In this document: positions 56,840 through 64,000 of the stretch, piece by piece | How the letters are laid out: the number at the start of each line of letters is the position of its first letter | Position numbering within the stretch: position 1 is the first letter of the stretch | From: Macrostomum lignano | Lineage: Eukaryota | Direction of reading: 5' to 3' | Length of the DNA stretch: 64,000 nt | NCBI GenBank assembly: GCA_002269645.1 | Contig: NIVC01001895.1 | Coordinates: 160,109 to 224,108 of the forward strand | Notes under the pieces: model-generated | Database searches by the model: none | What the model saw: only the letters and a program-made list of their open reading frames with translations | What the model was told of the DNA's origin: nothing | Made by a program: the position numbers and the translations under genes

Positions 56840-59257
56840 TGATGGGTTCGGCCTTTTTAAGCCTGTAGCTCTGGGCCTCAGAACTCAGAAATGAATCACT
56901 TAGAACTCTGGCTTCTCACTCCTGTCAGATGGTCAGCCCCGTGGTAGCTGGATTGTGTGGCGAGCAGCAAGGTCCTATAGCTAAGGGAAGACAGCGAGTC
57001 GAGAGACAAGCAGGGAGAATTTGAAAGGTAGAGATTAGCTAACCCGCGGATTAACTAACCCGCTGCCACCAGTCCGTGCGCCCCGGCTCACCAAACCATG
57101 CAGCTACCTGTATTCCCTGCACACCGGAGGCGCCGTGGAAACAAGGCGGCCCAATCAGCTACTCAGCCCAATTTAAAAGCTGTGTTTGCAGCTCCCGTGA
57201 GATAGCAGCTGCATTATAGAGAAAATGATGCTCAATGAGCTTTTTCATGCTCAATTTCAGTATCATGATGAGGACGCACTTTTTCCCAAATCCCGCGCTA
57301 GCACATGGGCTCGAAACTTACTAGCCTACTAACAGTGGGCAAGGGGCATTTTTATCTTTTTTCTGCAAATTGTCATAGAATCTATACTAGATATAATGTC
57401 TGGCCATACTAGTAGTCATAATAACTCAGGCGCAGCTTTTTGGGTCATAAATCATCGCTTTCGAAGCTGATCTGACAGCCACCTGCGCCTCACTCAGTGT
57501 TGAAGCGGGCGCCAGATGGTCTGAGAGGATGCGGGCGGTAGCTTTTTTCTCATCATTTTGACAGGCCATCAAGATTTATGAGGTCAAAGCCTATTGTTCG
57601 GATTCACTCAAGCGTGTGACAGCTTTGACAGCTATGCGTTTTACCCCTAAAAGTACCTTGGGATTAGCGATTTCTCTTCATTATCTTCACTTTCTATTTA
57701 ATAAGAGCTTTCTAATGTATATTTTTTCATTAATTTCTGTCAATCCTACGCGAAAAATCATAAATCATTTTGTTGCGATTTTGAGTGATTTATGGCCGCA
57801 CCTGTCATCTTTTTACGACCCTGTGGGAACTGATAGGATCTCTCGGTCACGTGATTCTGGGTAGCAACGAGCTTAGCCAATCAGAAAATTCGGCGCTCAT
57901 TTTAACAAAACGGCTCAGCCAATCAGAATCGACGTGTTCCGTTATAACAAACTACGGTCCAGTTGGCGGCTATTTAAACCGGAGTTTTTGGCCCGCTCGG
58001 ACACTACTTCTTCTTACTTTGGCTCGGGCCCAGCGCGCAACTTCTGGTTCCCGGAGCACGACCGTCGTTTCTTGATCCCCGGATTGCAACTTCCCCCATC
58101 ATCATCAAGAACGAGTCCCCCGGTCGACAGCAGCGAACATCCAGTTAAGAGCATCACCTGCTAGCTAACAGCGAAGATTGTGACAGCATCATCCCGAGTC
58201 TACAGCTGCAGAGCATCGAGCCGATTCGGTCACTGTGGAATACCTGGTCTCCGGCTGTTGAGTTTCTGATTGGTTGGGTGAGAGGCTACCTAGACTTGCT
58301 TGATTGGGTGATCCCTTTTCTGTCCCCTGTTGCAGTAGCTGAATTAGGCGCACACTTTTGCTCATTTTGTTCAGTAGTGCTGTTGCTGAGGCAGGAATCA
58401 TTCAATAATACTGCCAGCAGTAGTCTAAGACTCCAATTCAATCTAAAGTGTGAAGTGAATTAAGGAGAAGGTTAAATCTAACAGTTATCTTTGTCGGCTT
58501 TATTTCTTTGTTCGCCGATGGCTCAGATGAGTAGCTAAGCTAGTAGGCGCCGGTCACAGTGGACCAATGGCAAGGCAGTTCTCAGTCGACCAATCTAACA
58601 AATCAGTGAGCAAAACTGCCAAAAGTGCAGAATCGGCGCCAGAGATGTACTTTGTGCACTCTAGGGTAGCCAAGCGGCTCGGGTAAATGAATCATGCGGT
58701 CTCTGAGGTTCGAGTTAGCCTATCATCAGCGCTATGAGAGGCTAGTTGGCGCGTTGAAGGCTAAAAGTACATATCTTCGTATTTAGCAATGTAATAGTAC
58801 ATGTAGCTACCCCATAGACTCGCCACCGCAAGAATCCCCTGCACAAGTCCCCTCTGTACCTGCATGGCCAACGCGATCTAGTCCCAGCAGTGTCCCTTAT
58901 CATCGGCTATGACTTCGAGATTGACAGCAAAAAGACACTAGTTGGCAGGTAAGTGCAAAGCCCCTTCTAGTCGGAAGCCCGATTTCGAGAGTCCCGGTGT
59001 GGTGAGCCAGGGCGCACGGGCTGGTGGCAGCAAGTTAGTTGATCTGCGGATTAGCTAATTTCTACTTTCAAAATTCTCCCTGCTCGTCTCTCGCTGTCCC
59101 TCTCTTAGCTATAGGACCTAGACTGCTCGCCACACGATCAAGTTACCATGGGGCTGACCATCTGACAGGAGTGGGGGCCAGGTCTCTAATTGATTTATTT
59201 CTGAGCCTGAGGCCCGAAGGCTTCCCTAACAAGGAGCCCGAAGGTCGAAACCCATCA
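56840..59257 (-). mobile_element. ~2.4-kb non-autonomous element with ~250-bp imperfect inverted termini (TGATGGG...CCCATCA), no TSD; copy B
   Basis: 56840-57095 is an inverted, diverged copy of about 59000-59257; the body matches copy A at 23815-25802; the flanks (ATTC / ATCA) give no TSD. Confidence 0.75.
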
Positions 59258-59879
59258 ATCAGTTTAGTTTCAATTTAAAACACTTGCCTCGTTTTGAGGC
59301 CTGTTAACCAGTTCCAAGGTCTACTACTTATCTCAATGTAAATGCAAATTCTCAGGCTTTATTTTTAGTGTGTAATTTTAGCCATATTTAGACGGCCTCT
59401 CCGACATGGTACATGTAATTGGATTGAGCCTTGAAAGTACTCAGCAACATTATACATAAAGTGGCGCACAATGAATTAAGACCACCTAACACAAATTCGA
59501 ACTTTTATAGTTTCATAACCTTCACAGATTGCGGAAGCATTTAATCTAATCAGTTATAGATAACCGTGGTATCAATCAGTAAAATTATAGTTATGTGTTG
59601 TGTAATTACTCACAATTGAGTCTGTTTAATTGAAGTCCTTATCTCACAATCGAATTTGATAAGTCACACAGTAATAAGACCACTTAATTAATTGGGCTAA
59701 AAGGTAGGTGCTACAACAGTGGGGCCCCTGCTGATTCCAAAGTCCAAAACATCAAGTTCAATACAACTCCAAGCAAAAATGATCTCGAACTCTCCTAGAA
59801 TGGGAAAGGCAAAGCTCTATCGCCTGAATCGTGTAGGAAAATCAGGGCCCTGTTCGACCAAGGAGTTTCCCAGCGTGCC

Positions 59880-60560
59880 AAAGTCACGTACGCAGAAAAC
59901 GTGCGTCCAGCAAGCACTCAGGCGCCACAGCAGCACTGGCAAAACAGACTGTGGCTCAAGACCTGGCAGGCACCGAAAACTGACCACCGACTGGATCGAC
60001 GAATTGTGCGAATGCCCGAGTCCAACCGTCGGCTAACCGCTGTGGACATCAGCCGTAAACTTTTGGTGTCCAGCTGCACCCCATGACTGTCCGCCGCCGT
60101 CTGGTAGCTGCCGGACTGCATGGCCGCATTGCTAGGAAGAAGCCATTCATCTCCGACAAAAACCGGAAGCGGCGCTTGAACTGGGCGAAGCAACATGCAA
60201 GCTCTACACCCCAGGACTGGGGCCAAGGTCATCTGGAGTGATGAGAGCAAATTTTCCCGCACTGGTTCTGATGGTCGCCGGTATGTGCGCCACCGAGCTG
60301 GTGAGGAATTCGATTCCAGGTGCCCCGTTGGTTCCATGAAGCATGTAGATGGCAATGTCATGGTGTGGGCTGCATTCTCCAGAGCTGGACCTGGGCCAAT
60401 AACTCGCATTGAGGGCATCATGGACAGAGGCTGTAGATGCGCTGCCAGTTTCAGCAGGACAACGATCCGAAGCTTGCTGAGAACAACATCCGCACCATGG
60501 ACTGGCAATCCAATTGAGAATCTGTGCAACTGGGTCGAGCTGGACTGGGTTCATAACTTC
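59880..60560 (+). pseudogene. Tc1-like transposase relic (frameshifted, internally deleted)
   Basis: Fragments across frames: RPGRHRKLT, TVRRRLVAAGLHGRIARKKPFI...RLNWAKQH, VIWSDESKF, VMVWAAFS...GP, FQQDNDPK, NPIENL. These are Tc1 HTH and DDE motifs. Confidence 0.88.
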
Positions 60561-60784
60561 ACCGAATGACGATAGCTGCATGTGGATCTAATATCCCCAC
60601 GATTACTAACCAAAGAAATAAAATGTCTAGCTTTTGATGAGATTGTGAGACTACATGTACATTACAGTATACACATGTATAAACTATACTAGACAAACAA
60701 CTACACTACCAGCGTAGCTCGAATACACGTACACGTTGTGTATACTTCAATCGGTCGAATAAATAGAAAAACCATCCTCCATCA

Positions 60785-60990
60785 ACTCCGCCCCTTCGAT
60801 CCACCTCCATCAGCTCCGCCCCTACCGCCCCCCATCAGCTCCGCTCCTACCGCCCCCATCAGCTCCGCCCCTCCAAAAGCTCCGCCGCTACCGCCCCCCA
60901 TCAGCTCCGCCCCTCCAAAAGCTCCGCCGCTACCGCCCCCCATCAGCTCCGCCCCTCCAAAAGGTCCGCCCCAACGCCTCCCTTCATCAG
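60785..60990. repeat. ~42-bp C-rich tandem repeat (CCATCAGCTCCGCCCCTCCAAAAGCTCCGCCGCTACCGCCC)
   Basis: 3-5 diverged copies; explains Pro-rich ORF 60738-61016. Confidence 0.85.
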
Positions 60991-61062
60991 CTCCTCTACG
61001 ACAAAGTAATGGTTAAACACAGCGTGCAGCTCTAAGACAGCGAATATACAGTTATCAACAAA

Positions 61063-64000
61063 TCATTCTCTAGGAAACTTGATCGACACAAATAATTGGC
61101 ACCAGTATTGCTTTCGACTACGTTAACAACGAGACGCGCCAATTCAAATAGGACGCCATACGAGATCTTTGCGAGTATTGCAAGACAACAGTGGCAGAAA
61201 AAGACTATAGTGGAAGTGAGTTGCTTGCTTCCTATTCAGGTTAGTATTTTGCGTTGGTCTAACTTGAGCCTGGGGCACAGACTGTGGTCAGGGAAAGAGC
61301 AGGGAAAGTGGAAGTAGGAAAAGTGACTCCAATTTTATTTACGTACCAAGATTTCCTTGGTTCTATCCGCGATCCGAAGATCAAATATACTAAGTCTGCG
61401 GAGCTCAGTCTGCTTTCCATATACTCGTACCTTTGCTTGAGGAGCATTTGGATCAGTGAGGAGTCTGGCTAAAGTCTCGTTTCGATTGCCAAAAGCGATA
61501 CAGTATTACATTACAATGTATTTCAAGCGATTAAACTGGTCAATGGGCTATAAGTTGCATTCAGCAACAGATTCATATTGAGGCCACACAATGTGACATT
61601 ATTGGCACAATGTTACGTCAATAAATGCAGAAGTATTGTATATAGTTGTAATACAGAAAAGCGACAATAGTTAGATAATGACATTGGAAATTGAATTTCG
61701 CGATAGTATTACACCAACGCCACACGGCATTAACGCCGAACGGTGAAAAGTTAAACACAAGAAAAATGCACGGACTTGAAAGTAAACGATTTGCTTGGTT
61801 GCGTCGGAATTAAATCAGTAAATCAGTAAGAAGCATACGCTTTTTAAATTGCGAGTACCCGCGTATGCACCATCACAGTTCGCAGCTGGGCAAATTATTC
61901 TGAAGAGAAGAAGAATTACGATTTTATTAGCAGAGCTACGAGAAGGGGAGCCGCCGGGGAGGAGGGGCTAGGGAAAGAGGAGGGTATAAAAGGCTATTAA
62001 AACACTGTAGCAGACGGGTTATGCATGACACAGTAAGTAAACAGAGAGGAGGGAAGAGCGTAACGAAGGGATAACCAAGGAGAGTAGAGGGTGGGCGCTG
62101 GAGTGGAGGAGAGGGAGGGCGCTGGAGTGGAGGAGAGGGAGGGCGCTGGAGTGGAAGAGAGGGAGGCGCTGGAGTAGGAGAGGGAGGGCGCTGGAGTGGA
62201 GGGAGGGGAGGGCGCTGGAGTGGAGAGAGGGAGGGCGCTGGAGTGGAGGAGAGGGAGGCGCTGGAGTGGAGGAGAGGGAGGCGCTGGAGTGGAGGAGAGG
62301 GAGGGCGCTGGAGTGGAGGAGAGGGAGGGCGCTGGAGTGGAGGAGAGGGAGGGCGCTGGAGTGGAAGGAGAGGGAGGGCGCTGGAGTGGAGGAGAGGGAG
62401 GGCGCTGGAGTGGAGGAGAGGGAGGGCGCTGGAGTGGAGGAGAGGGAGGGCGCTGGAGTGGAGGAGAGGGAGGGCGCTGGAGTGGAGGAGAGGGAGGGCG
62501 CTGGAGTGGAGAGGGAGGGCGCTGGAGTGGAGGAGAGGGAGGGCGCTGGAGTGGAGGAGAGGGAGGGCGCTGGAGTGGAGGGAGAGGGAGGGCGCTGGAG
62601 TGGAGGAGAGGGAGGGCGCTGGAGTGGAGGAGAGGAGAGGGCGCTGGAGTGGAGGAGAGGGGAGGGCGCTGGAGTGGAGGAGAGGGAGGGCGCTGGAGTG
62701 GAGGAGAGGGTAGGGGCTGATGGGAGAAGAGGGTGGGCGCTGGAGGGGAGTAGAGAGGATGGGGGCTGGAAAGTAAAGAAGAGAGGGTAGGGGCTAGAGA
62801 GGGGGAGGCGCTGGAGGTGGAAAGAGGGAATAGTAGAGGCTGGATAGGGAAAAGTATAACGCGGGAAGGATAGGAAAAGCAGGAGGGTATGGAGAGTATA
62901 GGGAGGGCATAGAGGGTACAGGGAGTCCATGGGTGGGTATAGAAAAAGTATGGAGGGTATGGAGGGTATGGAGAGGTTATAAGGAGAGTATAGGGATGGT
63001 ATGGAGGGTATATGGAGGGTATGAATGGGTATAGAAGGGTATGGAGGGTATAGGGAGAGTATGGAGGGTATAGGGAGAGTATGGAGGGTATATGGAGGCA
63101 TAGAGGGTACAGGGAGTCCATGGGTGGGTATAGAAAAAGTATGGAGGGTATGGAGGGTATGGAGAGGTTATAAGGAGAGTATAGGGATGGTATGGAGGGT
63201 ATAGGGATGGTATTGAGGGTATAGGAATGGTATGGAGCGTATAGGGATGGTATGGAGGGTATATGGAGGGTAAGAATGGGTATAGAAGGGTATGGAGGGT
63301 ATAGGGAGAGTATTGAGGGTATATGGAAGGCATAGAGGGTACAAGAGGCCATGTATGGGTATAGAAAAAATATGGAGCGTATGGAGAGTATACGCGAGGT
63401 ATTATGGAGGGTATAGAGGGTATAGGAGAGTATTGAGGGTATAAGGAGGTATAGAGAATTAGGAGGAATGGCAAGGGTTAGAACGGGAAGGGAATGGAAG
63501 GGTAGAACGGGAGGGAATGGAGGGGGTAGAAATGTGAGGGAATGGAAGGGTAGAATGGGAGGGAATGGAAGGGTAGAACGGGAGGGAATGGAAGGGTAGA
63601 ACGGGAGGGAATGGAGGGGGTAGAATGTGAGGGAATGGAAGGGTAGAATGGAGGGAATGGAAGGGTAGAATGGGAGGGAATGGAGGGGGTAGAATGTGAG
63701 GGAATGGAGGGGTAGAATGGGAAGGAATAGAAGGTAGAATGGGAAGGAATGGAAGGGTAGAATGGGAGGGGAATGGAGGGGTAGAATGTGAGGGAATGGA
63801 AGGGTAGAATGGGAGGGAATGGTGGGGGTAGAATGGGAGGGAATGGAGGGTAGAATGGGAAGGAATGGAAGGGTAGAACGGGAGGAAAGGTGGGGTAGAA
63901 TGGGAGACACAGAAAAACTGCTTACTAGAACAAATATAATATTAAAGTACACCTTGCAACATTTTTGTTAGCATTAGCTAGATAGAGGCACCTGGAAAAG
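61063..64000. repeat. Right arm of giant inverted repeat (continues beyond window)
   Basis: Mirror of 54095-56803; visible differences are mostly 1-nt indels and array copy number. Confidence 0.95.

Noticed and set aside
54143-63952. 574-aa and 651-aa Pro/Ser-rich ORFs, and the short duplicated ORFs 56393-56606 / 61259-61472
   Set aside because: The long ones are translations of C-rich arrays. The short ones are duplicated only because they sit in the inverted arms, and no domain or coherent exon chain was found.

Overview
Eukaryotic (animal) genomic DNA with GC-rich exons, GT-AG introns and an extreme load of intronic mini/microsatellites. The style suggests a free-living flatworm such as Macrostomum, which is inference only. 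Genes reconstructed by hand from splice signals: (1) the 3' part of a secreted-type thrombospondin-repeat (TSR-like) protein built from duplicated 147-nt exons (+, 427-3773); (2) a 2-exon, probably N-myristoylated EF-hand protein (+, 6483-7521); (3) a complete 8-exon MTR4/MTREX exosome helicase (+, 13671-21857, ~1052 aa); (4) a 3-exon 11-beta-HSD-like SDR (+, 27589-33243); (5) an intronless PAN/apple + C-type lectin protein (+, 34636-35475); (6) a 17-exon TRPM channel (-, 51665-36310, ~1390 aa). The TRPM has a 1-nt frameshift, a GC-AG intron, a candidate mutually exclusive exon pair, and an intron made of ~78 tandem copies of its own exon/intron junction. Mobile DNA: a solo LTR with a 4-bp TSD, two MITEs with 8-bp TSDs, a deleted mariner, a Tc1 transposase relic, two copies of a ~2-2.4 kb element with inverted termini and no TSD, and a foldback-like structure with inverted arms of at least 2.7 kb running off the right edge. 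A possible hidden 12-Cys peptide gene lies at 11852-12447 (-). Most long ORFs in the supplied track are artefacts of tandem repeats. No prokaryotic features, CRISPR arrays, rRNA or tRNA were recognised.
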